Shown: piece after piece, positions 40,139 through 50,423 of the stretch
Position numbering within the stretch: position 1 is the stretch's first letter
Layout: each line of letters begins with the position of its first letter
Assembly (NCBI GenBank): GCA_032128875.1
Contig: JAVLKG010000006.1
Location: 128,001-192,000 of the forward strand
Length of the DNA: 64,000 nucleotides
Origin: Candidatus Melainabacteria bacterium 17Bon1m
Lineage (GTDB): Bacteria; Cyanobacteriota; Vampirovibrionia; Obscuribacterales; Obscuribacteraceae
Reading direction: 5' to 3'
Program-made: the position numbers and the translations under genes
The notes under the pieces: generated by a model
Database searches by the model: none
What the model saw: the letters and a program-made list of their open reading frames with translations, nothing else
What the model was told of the DNA's origin: nothing

Positions 40139-41764
40139 GTGATTGAATGCCCGATTTGCCATGTGATGAATGACGATGGCGCTCACTTTTGTGCAGAATG
40201 CGGGCAACGTTTTTCACCGGCGGGGCCTCCTCAACCTCCCGCCCTGGGGTCTGTTCAGCCTGGTTTTGCCCAGCCGCCTGGACCTCCTCTAAACCCAGGT
40301 TTTACTACGCCACAACCTCCCAATCCCGCCGATACTCAGTGGAATCAAATGCCTAACTCTTACAATTCTCCGGACCAACCAAATCAGCCCAACCAGGCAA
40401 ACCAGGGCGGTCAGCCGGAACAACCGAAGAAGCGCTTACACTCTCCAATTTTGGGAGGCGGCTATGAAGACGAGCCGGAACCCGAACCGGAAGTCAAGCG
40501 CGGCAGACCAGCTATGCGCGGTGGTGGACAAGAATCGGGCGGCAAGCCGAAACATTTGAGATCACCGCTTTTGGGCGGCGATGATGTTGATGATGACGAT
40601 TTTGATGAACCTCGCCGCGCCCCCAGTGCCAGAGGCGGCAAGCCGGCTACGAAAGGCGGATTGAGATCGCCATTGTTAGGCGGTGCCGATGACGATGAAG
40701 ATGATTATGACGAACCGCAGTCTAGAGGCGGATTTCCACACCGTTCGCGCGATATTCATGACGAAGGACCTCATGATAGAGGTTCGGCAAAAGGCTTACG
40801 GTCGCCACTTTTGGGCGGCGGCAGCGGTGATGAAGACGACAGCGCGTTCTCCAGTCTAAGGCGCACCACAAAGCCCAGCGGCAGTTTCCCTAATGACAGA
40901 CGATCGAAGCCTGATGTTTGGGACCCAGGTTCTGAAGGCGGTTCTGGCAAGAGACCACGCCTGCGCTCCAATCTTCTCGGCGGTGGAGCCGCTGATGATT
41001 ACGACGATTACGAAGAAGAGGAAGAAGAGATTGCCGATCCAAAGGCTCTTAGATCGCCTTTGTTGCGTGCAGTTACATCACAACACGATCAGGTTCCTGC
41101 GGCAAAAGCGCAACCGCATCAACAGCCTCCTGTCCAACAGCAACCGGCTCCGCAGCCGTATCAGCAGGCTTCGCCGCAGTATCAACAAGCTCCTGAGCCC
41201 GGATACGGGCAGCCGCAGGATCCCAATTCACCTTTGTTCCGTCAGCCTCTGACGCCGCCACAACCGGCAAGCAACTATGCTGACCCGCAGCAGATGATGC
41301 AGCAACAGATGCAGCAAATGCAGCAGTCACAGCAAAGTTATGCTCCAACGCCTCCGGCTCCTCCCACTCAACCGGCTCTCCAGCAGGCATCTTCTCCATT
41401 TGCACGCAACAATGAGCCAGAACCGATGTCCGGCTCCTCTCGTCTTTCTACCTCTAATATGCCGACTACGGTCAAGCCCTCGAAGCCTGCTCGTTTTCAA
41501 CCGGACGAATCTGATGCGCCAATGCGTCCATCATTCGATAAATTTGCCTCCGATGCGCCCGAGCATGGCGGCAGTGGCGGTGGTTCGGTCTCACCAGCTA
41601 TCGCAGGATTGTGCGTACTCGGCATCATCCTTAAAGGATGGTATTTCTTCAGTTACCCGACGATGTGGAACCAAGCTCCGTTCGTCGCAGATCAGTTTGC
41701 TGAAATACTTGTCATGGTGGCGGTGATTATAGTTGTCATGGGTGTTTCCAAGGGGCGCAGTTGA
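40139..41764 (+). CDS. Zinc-ribbon, disordered repeat-containing membrane protein
   Basis: CPIC...CAEC, six LRSPLLGG-type repeats, P/Q-rich region, two C-terminal TM segments; GAGG RBS. Confidence 0.8.
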   Translation: MIECPICHVMNDDGAHFCAECGQRFSPAGPPQPPALGSVQPGFAQPPGPPLNPGFTTPQPPNPADTQWNQMPNSYNSPDQPNQPNQANQGGQPEQPKKRLHSPILGGGYEDEPEPEPEVKRGRPAMRGGGQESGGKPKHLRSPLLGGDDVDDDDFDEPRRAPSARGGKPATKGGLRSPLLGGADDDEDDYDEPQSRGGFPHRSRDIHDEGPHDRGSAKGLRSPLLGGGSGDEDDSAFSSLRRTTKPSGSFPNDRRSKPDVWDPGSEGGSGKRPRLRSNLLGGGAADDYDDYEEEEEEIADPKALRSPLLRAVTSQHDQVPAAKAQPHQQPPVQQQPAPQPYQQASPQYQQAPEPGYGQPQDPNSPLFRQPLTPPQPASNYADPQQMMQQQMQQMQQSQQSYAPTPPAPPTQPALQQASSPFARNNEPEPMSGSSRLSTSNMPTTVKPSKPARFQPDESDAPMRPSFDKFASDAPEHGGSGGGSVSPAIAGLCVLGIILKGWYFFSYPTMWNQAPFVADQFAEILVMVAVIIVVMGVSKGRS

Positions 41765-41970
41765 AGCTTGCAAGCCAGCACCTGAGCCAATCCCCGACTT
41801 CACACATTGACAAAAGGTAACTTTCAAAGGGGTTGCATCATGCTATATTGGCGACTGCATTAGACGAGTGTTCTAATCAGGATTTCATGTCCGGAACATG
41901 TTTTTCTCTGCCCTCGTCTTTCCCGACTTATGTGGGTTGCTGTCCAGAATTACTGGGAAGGTTGGTCTAA

Positions 41971-43425
41971 ATGCTCGCCTCTAGGTCTCGCGATTGGCAC
42001 AGGAGTGCAACCACTCCTCTGACCGTAGCGTTGACGATTTCGCTTTGCGCGCAGGCACTTGTTGTTGGTCCTGCGGAAGCTCTGTCGTTCATTTCGGCAA
42101 AGAAATCTCAATTGCAGACACCGATGGAAGCAAAATTGGATGATGAATCCGGTCCGTCTGCTGATACCGTATCTGGTGATGCAGCCGAGGCTCCCGCTGC
42201 AGTGACTGCAGCTTCTAGTGAAAAACCAAGTTCTAACGAAAAGCCAAGCTCTAGCGAAAAGTCGAAATCGAAGAAAGACACCAAGCACGTAAAAGAAACT
42301 GCAAAGGCTACACCTAAGAAGGATGAGCCCGTAAGCTTGGCTCCGGTCAGCCTTAGTGATGACAAAGCTTCTGATTCGGCCTCTGAGTCCAATTCACAAA
42401 CAGCTTCAGAATCCACTGAACCAGCAGCAGCGACAAATGGTGAGAAGGGTGACGCGCAGTACATGAAGCTTCACGCAGAGACTATGGGTATTGCTCCTAA
42501 GGGACCTCTCGATGGAGAAGGACCGGGCACTCCCACGACACTCCCGACTAAATCACTTAAGTCTGAAATTGCTCCCGGAAAAGGACGTCTTGTTGATCAG
42601 GCCGGTTCTGTCAATCTTCTGCCGACAGCCTTGATGAACACCGACGCCGAAGAAGATCAAAAGACAATTACCGATCTGGACTGCGAACGCGCTCAGATTT
42701 CCGATCTCTGGGAAGCGACGTTGACACGGTCGCAAGATATTCAATTTGTTGTTCAAAAGCTATTGCCTTCCAGTGACAAGAGTCACACCACAACGGCTTT
42801 GATGCGCATGATTTCTTCGACGCTCTGCAGTGGTGTCAGCGCTGCTGCGATGATGTCGCCGAGCCCAATGACATATGGTGCGACTCAAGCAGGCTCTCAG
42901 ATGATCATGAACGTCATGGGCGCCTTTGATGCTAAAGCTGCCAGAAAAGCCCAGATCGATCAGGGGCAGGCAATCACTCTCTATCAAATGGTAAGAAGTA
43001 CTGCCGACAAAGTCACAGAGACCTATAGAGACTATAAGAAGTTCGTACGCCGTCTCGACCGTGCGCAGACCATCACATCTGATTTGCAAAACATGATCAG
43101 GGATGCTCGCGCTGGGCAAGATGCCGCAAAACAAATCGAGATGGAATACACACTTGCGAAGTCAAAAGGTGACATCGAAGAAGCTGTCTATGACGCACGG
43201 CGCTACCGCCAAAGCTTGATCGACCTCGCCGGTGCCGAAGCTGTTAACAAACTCGATCAATCTTTGCAAGATCAAATGCTCGCGGAAAAAGAGCTGGAGA
43301 AGAAATCTCAAATAGCTGAAAAGCCAGTTGCCGCGCCAACCAAAGAAAGTAAGAAAACTATGGATGCTTTGATCAAGTTGAACAACATGGTTCAACCGCA
43401 ACAGCAAAATAATGCAAATATGTAG
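41971..43425 (+). CDS. Secreted coiled-coil hypothetical protein
   Basis: Signal-like N-terminus, 484-aa ORF. Confidence 0.75.
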   Translation: MLASRSRDWHRSATTPLTVALTISLCAQALVVGPAEALSFISAKKSQLQTPMEAKLDDESGPSADTVSGDAAEAPAAVTAASSEKPSSNEKPSSSEKSKSKKDTKHVKETAKATPKKDEPVSLAPVSLSDDKASDSASESNSQTASESTEPAAATNGEKGDAQYMKLHAETMGIAPKGPLDGEGPGTPTTLPTKSLKSEIAPGKGRLVDQAGSVNLLPTALMNTDAEEDQKTITDLDCERAQISDLWEATLTRSQDIQFVVQKLLPSSDKSHTTTALMRMISSTLCSGVSAAAMMSPSPMTYGATQAGSQMIMNVMGAFDAKAARKAQIDQGQAITLYQMVRSTADKVTETYRDYKKFVRRLDRAQTITSDLQNMIRDARAGQDAAKQIEMEYTLAKSKGDIEEAVYDARRYRQSLIDLAGAEAVNKLDQSLQDQMLAEKELEKKSQIAEKPVAAPTKESKKTMDALIKLNNMVQPQQQNNANM

Positions 43426-43502
43426 TTCGTATTTGATGCGGATGGCATACTTGAACTAGTTTTTAACCAAAACTGCTACCCGCAAAAATAAAGGACTTCG
43501 AA

Positions 43503-44522
43503 GTGCGTATCAATCAAAGATGGTTTGTATGGATCATCCTCATACTTTGTATTGCCGCTATTCCAGCGGGTTTAATTGACCAGAAGAGGTCAGCCGCAGC
43601 TGATGACACAGATTCAGATGACCACGATTTCTTTGTCAACTCAATGCTCAAAAAAGATCGCATCAAAGTGATCAGGCTTGAGGGCATGATTGTCGACAAA
43701 ACTGATTCCTCAATTCTGCCTTCTAAAACCGGCTCGGCAAGCGCTTGTACGCGAGCACTACGCAAAGCTGCAAAAGATAAACATATAAAAGGTATTTTGA
43801 TCAGGATGAATACTCCTGGCGGAACAGTTGCAACCTCTCAGGAAATCACCGACGCCGTAAATGCTGTAAAAGCGGAGGGAAAGCCGGTCTACGTATCAAT
43901 GGCTGATCTGTCTGCTTCGGGTGGATATTACGTTGCAGCAGCCTCAGACAAGATCTATGCCTTGCCTGGATCGATTACAGGCTCCATCGGCGTAATAATG
44001 CATCTAATGAACTTTAAGACGCTTGGCGAGAAAGTAGGCATCGCTGACGTAGTCATCAAGTCCGGTCCGTTCAAAGACATTGCTTCTCCATATCGCGCCA
44101 TGACAGATGAAGAACGCAGCATCTTACAAGCAATGATCGCGGATTCATACGATCAGTTTGTGACCTCTGTTGCGAAAGGTCGAAAAATGAAAGTCGAAGA
44201 CGTGAAGAAGCTTGCCGACGGTCGCATCTATACAGGCAGACAAGCGAAGAAAAATGGTCTAATCGATGAGCTTGGCGGCTACGATGAAGCCCTTGATGCT
44301 CTGCAGGCAGTTTGCATGAAGGAAAACAACCTCATCGATAAATTGCCTGTCGAAGACAAAGCGGATTCCAGCTTCTTACGAAATCTTCTCGAGTCAACAA
44401 ACGGCACAAATCTGTTTTCTCAAAATCACTACCGGATCAGCTCGGGATTAGGCGCAGAAGAAATAGTGACCGACTATTTTATGAACAAGCTTTACAAGCA
44501 GCCTTTATGGATGCTGCAGTAG
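43503..44522 (+). CDS. sppA: Signal peptide peptidase SppA (36-kDa type, S49)
   Basis: RMNTPGG, SASGGYYVA, TGSIGV, ADGRIYTGRQA...GLIDELG. Confidence 0.95.
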   Translation: MRINQRWFVWIILILCIAAIPAGLIDQKRSAAADDTDSDDHDFFVNSMLKKDRIKVIRLEGMIVDKTDSSILPSKTGSASACTRALRKAAKDKHIKGILIRMNTPGGTVATSQEITDAVNAVKAEGKPVYVSMADLSASGGYYVAAASDKIYALPGSITGSIGVIMHLMNFKTLGEKVGIADVVIKSGPFKDIASPYRAMTDEERSILQAMIADSYDQFVTSVAKGRKMKVEDVKKLADGRIYTGRQAKKNGLIDELGGYDEALDALQAVCMKENNLIDKLPVEDKADSSFLRNLLESTNGTNLFSQNHYRISSGLGAEEIVTDYFMNKLYKQPLWMLQ

Positions 44523-44544
44523 CAGATGTCTGGGCTATATCAAA

Positions 44545-45159
44545 ATGACTGAAAGCGCAAACGAACTTGAACTGAACAAAGCACCCGGCGAGACTGTCGG
44601 TATTCATCATTGGGCGGATGTTTTCTACGGGGTGCTAGTGGCGCCTGGGCAGACAATGAGGGTGCTTTCTGATGCATCTCAGTACAAGCCGACCGATACG
44701 GCTGTTCTCTTTTCGTTGGCGACTGTATTGACCAGCTCATGGATAGCATCATTTGGCGCGTCGGGCGGAGATGCAGGAGTGGCGGCTCAGGTTGGAATTT
44801 CCATTTGCACTTTGTTGGGAGTGCTTTGGTGGGTAGGTTTTTCACTTTTGCTCTTTGTACTTTCTCGGTTGTGCCGTTCGTCGAAGCATAATCTTGCATC
44901 GGCGCTCATCGCCACCGGCTGGGCGTTTGTGCCTGTTTATTTCATCAATCCGGCCAAATGTCTGTTATCTGTTCCGGTTTTGGGCTCAGTTGTAATCGTT
45001 GGGCTCGTTGTCTGGATGTGCGCGCTTCAATGGTTCGCTTTCATGTCCATGCTCGATTTCAATCACAAGCGAATGTTCGCGCTTGGCTTTGCATTGCCTC
45101 TTCTCTATAAGCTGACTTTGCTCATCGGATTGCTTTTCCTGCTCGGGATTGTCTTTTAA
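44545..45159 (+). CDS. Yip1-family membrane protein
   Basis: FYGVLVAPGQT start followed by about 5 TM segments; typical neighbour of sppA. Confidence 0.75.
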   Translation: MTESANELELNKAPGETVGIHHWADVFYGVLVAPGQTMRVLSDASQYKPTDTAVLFSLATVLTSSWIASFGASGGDAGVAAQVGISICTLLGVLWWVGFSLLLFVLSRLCRSSKHNLASALIATGWAFVPVYFINPAKCLLSVPVLGSVVIVGLVVWMCALQWFAFMSMLDFNHKRMFALGFALPLLYKLTLLIGLLFLLGIVF

Positions 45160-46101
45160 GTGCCGAAGCCCGTCATAGCCATCGTCGGACCGACAGCTTC
45201 CGGCAAAACAGCCTTGAGCTTGAGGTTGGCCGAAAGGTTGCCTGTCGAGATAGTTGCTTGCGATTCTCGAACTATATATAGGCGAATGGACATAGGCACG
45301 GCAAAACCATCAGTCGAAGAACAGGCGAAGGTCAAACATCATCTTCTCGATGTTGCCGATGTAGACCAGAATTACACGGTAGCGAACTATAAGGATGATG
45401 CCGCTCGGGCGATTGAAGACATTCATGCGCGAGGAAAAATTCCAATTGTTTGTGGTGGAACCGGCTTTTATGCTCGTGCCTTGCTTGAAGGACTCTCCAT
45501 CCCGGAAGTGCCACCCAATCAGGCTTTGCGGGATGAGCTCAATGAATTTGCAGATAAAAATGGCAACGAGCAGCTTTTTGCTCGGCTGGCAGAACTCGAT
45601 CCTGTGAGTGCGGAACGTTTGAACGCGAACGATCGCTATAGAGTCGTGCGCGCGCTTGAAGTTTCAATCACACTGGGAAAACCCTTTTCGCAGGCGGCAA
45701 CACTAAGACCGGCGCCTTATCCCACTATATGGATTGGGCTTGGCGTGCAGAATCGACAATATATAAAGGATTTGATTGAGACTCGTCTTGATGAGCAAAT
45801 CAGTGCAGGATTGATTGATGAAGTGAAAGATTTGCTCAGTGATTACGGACCTACAAGGGCACTTCTCAATGCTGTTCCGTATAAAGAAGTAATTGCATAT
45901 TTAGATGGGAATTGCTCTCTTGAGCAAGCGCGTCTCGATGCTCAAAAGCACAACTATCAGCTCGCCAGACGGCAGATCATGTGGTTTCGTGCAAACGAAA
46001 ACACGACATGGTTTATGGTCGATGTAGAAGAGCGTGAAAGTATTTTTTCGCAAGTGCAGGATCTGATTTATCGAAAAATCACTGATGTGCAAAACATTTG
46101 A
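45160..46101 (+). CDS. miaA: tRNA dimethylallyltransferase
   Basis: GPTASGKT, DSRTIYRRMDIGTAKP, GGTGFY, ARRQIMWF. Confidence 0.96.
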   Translation: MPKPVIAIVGPTASGKTALSLRLAERLPVEIVACDSRTIYRRMDIGTAKPSVEEQAKVKHHLLDVADVDQNYTVANYKDDAARAIEDIHARGKIPIVCGGTGFYARALLEGLSIPEVPPNQALRDELNEFADKNGNEQLFARLAELDPVSAERLNANDRYRVVRALEVSITLGKPFSQAATLRPAPYPTIWIGLGVQNRQYIKDLIETRLDEQISAGLIDEVKDLLSDYGPTRALLNAVPYKEVIAYLDGNCSLEQARLDAQKHNYQLARRQIMWFRANENTTWFMVDVEERESIFSQVQDLIYRKITDVQNI

Positions 46102-46436
46102 ACACAATAATTTTGCAAAATTGCAGTTTGAATTCTGTTCGAATTGAAAAAATCGCACCCATCACCCTTGCGTGGTAGGGCTCGTAAAGCCTTTATCAGT
46201 AAGCGTTTGCGGAGTTGGTTGTGCTGAAGCTCTGACTTATCTTCACTCGTAATTGAGAATGAGCATTTCAATTTCTTCCGCATGTGATGCTCATTTTCCT
46301 GATCTTCGATCTAGACGCCAAGAGATTTAGAGTTATACTGGTAAAAGTTTTTACACCCCAGATCAAGCTCAGTTAGAAGTTTTCGATCAATTCAATTGAG
46401 TTTGTAGAGATAGCAAATACAAGGCGGCACTCTGGG

Positions 46437-46775
46437 ATGAAGCGATCGACAACTGATGAATACAGAGAAGTGGCATTGCCCTGGAGCGACGGCACACTCT
46501 CAGCAAGACTTTGGAAGGCACGCGGACGCGTTGTTGTAGGTGTCCCGGAGCTGGGTTTGCACTGCTATGGTGCTACAGAGCCGGAAGCCGTCTTTCGACT
46601 TTTCACTTCGTTGCTCAAGTATTATCGCCAGCTAAGAGCATTCAAGGCGCGGCTTGGGGACAAAGGACTTGAGCATCTCGATTTACTCAAAGGCTGGGTG
46701 GAGTCCATCGAGGATCGCATGAAGGCTCCTTCGATTGACAATAAAGTCGTTGCGCTTTCCCGGTCACGTCGATAG
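46437..46775 (+). CDS. Hypothetical protein with HicB-like N-terminal motif
   Basis: VVGVPELGLHCYGATEPEAVFRL resembles HicB (VPDLPGC..G.T.EEA..L). Confidence 0.6.
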   Translation: MKRSTTDEYREVALPWSDGTLSARLWKARGRVVVGVPELGLHCYGATEPEAVFRLFTSLLKYYRQLRAFKARLGDKGLEHLDLLKGWVESIEDRMKAPSIDNKVVALSRSRR

Positions 46776-47031
46776 TTCAAAAGATCCGTTCTCTGGAAGT
46801 CGCCGGCTTCCTACAAGTCAAAAGTCATAGCAACTGCAGTATCTGCAGTTGTTTTTGTTCTTGAAGAGTTATTCAAATCGAAGATTCCAAATTGAAATTC
46901 CAAGCGAAAGTCCAAACCAAATTTCTAATTAGAAGACCACACTGCGAGTCCGTACCGAAAATCCGTATCGATTGAACTTTTTGAGTGTCGATTACGTATT
47001 TATCGATAGAGAGCTTTTTCGAGTGATACTC

Positions 47032-47436
47032 ATGTCCAAAAACTTCCTTATTTTGGGGACGGCAATATTGTTGTCTGGCTGGAGTTTGCCCGCTCGGGGC
47101 GACGAGCTTAGAGGGACTAATAAAGAGAGCGATTCGGGGGCGACTTGTGTCTCTTCCGGTTCCTCATCGGTGTCTTTGCCGAATAGCGAACTGCCAGTGA
47201 AATACATAGGTAATTCGCAGAGCCACAAGTTTCACAGACCGTCCTGTCCTTTTGCTCGGATAATGGCCCCCAGCAAGAGGATGCAGTTTTATTTCAGGCG
47301 CCAGGCCGTTGGATATGGGCAAAAGCCCTGCCGTTATTGCCTTCCTGCTCTCTGGAAAGTAGTAAGAGCGCGCCTGCTTACGCCGCTTGATAGCGAAAAG
47401 GCCAAAGCCGCGCAGCCGGTTACCGCTCCCCCTTAA
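47032..47436 (+). CDS. Secreted Ada-type Zn-binding domain protein
   Basis: YIGNSQSHKFHRPSC...GQKPCRYC after a signal peptide; ORF open from 46972. Confidence 0.82.
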   Translation: MSKNFLILGTAILLSGWSLPARGDELRGTNKESDSGATCVSSGSSSVSLPNSELPVKYIGNSQSHKFHRPSCPFARIMAPSKRMQFYFRRQAVGYGQKPCRYCLPALWKVVRARLLTPLDSEKAKAAQPVTAPP

Positions 47437-47614
47437 ATCTGCCGTCTCTTGAATTCAGCGGAGTCTGGAAACGCAACGCATATATAGGAAAAGTCCTATG
47501 CTCGACCCTACTTTATCTTGCTATTCTAGGTATGAGTCATCATTTGGAGCTGGCGCTCAAATAGTGGTATAACGACTCGAGAAGGCACCTTCCATCGGAA
47601 TTGCGACTTAAAAA

Positions 47615-50239
47615 ATGAGCTTTGACAGTCTCCAACAAAACTTCGCTCACGCTACTGGTTTTATCTACGATCGAACAATCAGTCCCCGCAAGATGCTGGG
47701 ACAGTGCTTCATCGTATCCAAGAGCCGTGCAGTAACGACAGCCAATAACCTCTACAATTACTCGGAAGCTCCGTGGGCGCTGGAAATTTACTTTCCGCAC
47801 CCGGATGTCACCATCGGCATTAAGTCGATCGCTATCCACAACGACTTCGACCGCCGTGAAGCTCGTAACTATTATCTGCAACAAACCGGCTCACCACTCG
47901 ATGTGCCGCCGGTTCTTCTGAACGACCTGGCAACCATTGTCATGGACAGCCAGTTGTCCGAGCTGCAAGCCGACAAAGTGGCTGAGATCAACCGTGCTCT
48001 TTCTATCCCATTCTCTAATCAAGGCGTGGAAGCGTCTGGAAACGTACGCGGGACGGAGCTTTTCTCTGTTATCAATTCGGTGTTGGAGTCGCGCCGTGAA
48101 GGACTCTTGACTTTGTATGATAAGCGCAACATCCCTATGGCTCGTCTGCAGCTGGGACAAGGCACGATTCTCAAATGTCACTATCGGGCAATGATTGGCG
48201 AAATGGCCTTCGCCGAACTGGTTTATAGAAAACCGGCGGAGGGTTATTCTTTCCAGCCCATGGCTTCTTTCAACTGGGGCGGTGTGCGTGACATAACAGT
48301 CCCGACCGATCAGTTAATTCAAGAAGCTGTTCGTCGGGCTAATGAAGTACCTCAAATCGTCAACTATTTGAGCTCCACTGGTATGGAAGCGAGATTCCAG
48401 CGCAGCGTCGGCGAAATGAATCCCGAGAATTGCTCGGAGAACATACGTTGGTTTGTCGAACTGCTCTGGCAAGCGCTTGATGGCTACATCACTGTAGACA
48501 GATTGCCTGAGCGCCTCGGCGTTGATACTTACACGATTCTCCAGGCGTTGCGTGAGCTGGTGAACAAGGGCTATGTTGCGCTGCTCAACCGCGCTTCGCC
48601 CTTCCCGTGCAATGGTCAGCTTGGTACTCCCCTCGTTTCGCACACTGACTTCGATATCAATCCAGGCGATTCGGTCACAGCGTTCTATCTAGATCCATTA
48701 TCGGGTGCTGCAACCTGGCAGCAAGGCACATTCTTCGGTGTTTCCAGCGTCCTGCAGCCGAAAAACTTGCTGCACACGATCCCGATTTTGCCCGGTGCTG
48801 CCGGCGCGTTGATCTTGAAAAACTACAAGCTTGTAGGGGTTCATGGCGGCGCCATTGCACCAAAGCCCGGTCAGGAGTCGCAGCGTCTTTTCCAGATGAT
48901 GTGGATTGGAGCGTTGCTCGACATGAGTGCTCGCAAACTCAGAACAGCACAAGAAGGCGCGGAAGAAGAGACAGACGGCATCGCCGGTTTGCGATCCAAG
49001 TTGGAAAGCGAAAGCACTGCGGCAGCCGCTGAAAAGGCCGCATTGCAATGTCCGAATTGCATGTCCTTTAATTCCAAGCCCGGCCCGTGCATCACTTGCG
49101 GGACCGAAATCGAGGCTCCTCCGGAAGAAGTCGTCCCGGAAAACAAAGTTGAGATGGTCGTCTACAAGGCGAAGAAGCTCAAAGAAAAATACAACGTCAC
49201 CAACAAGCAACTGGCGATTGCCGGCGCGGTCGTTGCTCTGCCTCTGGTAATGATGATGATGTGCAGTTCTCCGCAGCCTCCAACTCCCGGAGTTAAGGAC
49301 GGAGGAGCTGGAACAGCAACCGATACTGCAGCACCGACAGTGCACCAGAATTCCGACAAGGCAATGCAAAATGCAGTTGAATATGCGGGATTCAAGGCCA
49401 CTCCTCCACCCGGTTATTGGTTTGAAGACACAAGCCCACTTACAGGAGAGCAAAAGTCTTTCGGGCTGTACTCAGAGCGCGCCAATCAGAAAATCATCTT
49501 CCTTATTTACGATGATCTTTCCGGCGGCGAGAACAATCTGAAGAACTTCTTCCAGAAGCCGCCTTTCGTCACCGTGCCTCCGGGCGGCGGCGAGGCAAAA
49601 GAGATTGACAGTCAACGTGTGCCGTTTGGAGAAGAGGGTCAATTCTTCACTTATCACGCACTGAAATACGGCTTCATGGAAAATGAAATGACAGCCCTGG
49701 TCGGTTCTATTCCGCCGGTCGATCCTAAGAAATCCATTCTTATGGTTGGGCAGTCCTTGAAAGAAAAAGAACCGTACAACTACAGATCGGCTACTTGGCT
49801 GGTTGACCAGATGGGTTCTGACCGCACAAAACGCGGCAATCAGGCGATGATGTCGAAGACTGATGAAAAAGGCGGTACCACCACCGATGGTACTAGTACG
49901 GATTCTGAAGTCGCAACACCGGAGCAAATGACTGAGTTTCTCACCAAAACAGGAGAGAAAATCAAAGGTAATTTGACTCTGCCTAATGAAGTTGCCGATG
50001 AGCTGAAGAAGAAAAAGTCCAAGAAGTTGAAAGTCAGAGTTGTTGTCGCCGTTGATGCGGAAGGCAAGCTAACGAAGATAGAAATTTCTGAGCCATCGGA
50101 ATTGGAATCAGTCACAAACGCTGTCGTGAAGGCGATCAATAATTCGACGCCGATTGAGAACATACCTAAGACTAAGGACGGCAAGCTCTCGCTGAAGATC
50201 AGTCTCGATATGGACAAGATTACCGTCGAGCAACTTTAG
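47615..50239 (+). CDS. Multidomain membrane protein: split trypsin-like pseudoprotease, DUF4388-like insert, Zn ribbon, TM, periplasmic domain, TonB/TolA C-terminal-like domain
   Basis: Motifs detailed in findings. Confidence 0.75.
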   Translation: MSFDSLQQNFAHATGFIYDRTISPRKMLGQCFIVSKSRAVTTANNLYNYSEAPWALEIYFPHPDVTIGIKSIAIHNDFDRREARNYYLQQTGSPLDVPPVLLNDLATIVMDSQLSELQADKVAEINRALSIPFSNQGVEASGNVRGTELFSVINSVLESRREGLLTLYDKRNIPMARLQLGQGTILKCHYRAMIGEMAFAELVYRKPAEGYSFQPMASFNWGGVRDITVPTDQLIQEAVRRANEVPQIVNYLSSTGMEARFQRSVGEMNPENCSENIRWFVELLWQALDGYITVDRLPERLGVDTYTILQALRELVNKGYVALLNRASPFPCNGQLGTPLVSHTDFDINPGDSVTAFYLDPLSGAATWQQGTFFGVSSVLQPKNLLHTIPILPGAAGALILKNYKLVGVHGGAIAPKPGQESQRLFQMMWIGALLDMSARKLRTAQEGAEEETDGIAGLRSKLESESTAAAAEKAALQCPNCMSFNSKPGPCITCGTEIEAPPEEVVPENKVEMVVYKAKKLKEKYNVTNKQLAIAGAVVALPLVMMMMCSSPQPPTPGVKDGGAGTATDTAAPTVHQNSDKAMQNAVEYAGFKATPPPGYWFEDTSPLTGEQKSFGLYSERANQKIIFLIYDDLSGGENNLKNFFQKPPFVTVPPGGGEAKEIDSQRVPFGEEGQFFTYHALKYGFMENEMTALVGSIPPVDPKKSILMVGQSLKEKEPYNYRSATWLVDQMGSDRTKRGNQAMMSKTDEKGGTTTDGTSTDSEVATPEQMTEFLTKTGEKIKGNLTLPNEVADELKKKKSKKLKVRVVVAVDAEGKLTKIEISEPSELESVTNAVVKAINNSTPIENIPKTKDGKLSLKISLDMDKITVEQL

Positions 50240-50423
50240 GCTTCGGCACTGGCTTGATTGCATGTTATTGCACGAAAGTGCAAAGTTCTGGCATGTTCAG
50301 ATCACAGGCATGTTCAGATCTCTTTCGTAATTGAAATCAGAAGTATTGTATTTTTAAATGCGCTGATATGCGCGCAAACTCAATACCTGCGCGCATATAC
50401 AAGTTTTTTAACAGCGGAAGAAT

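Noticed and set aside
46230-46275. Fur-box-like dyad AATTGAGAATGAGCATTTCAATT
   Set aside because: Does not fit the 7-1-7 spacing and downstream genes are not iron-related
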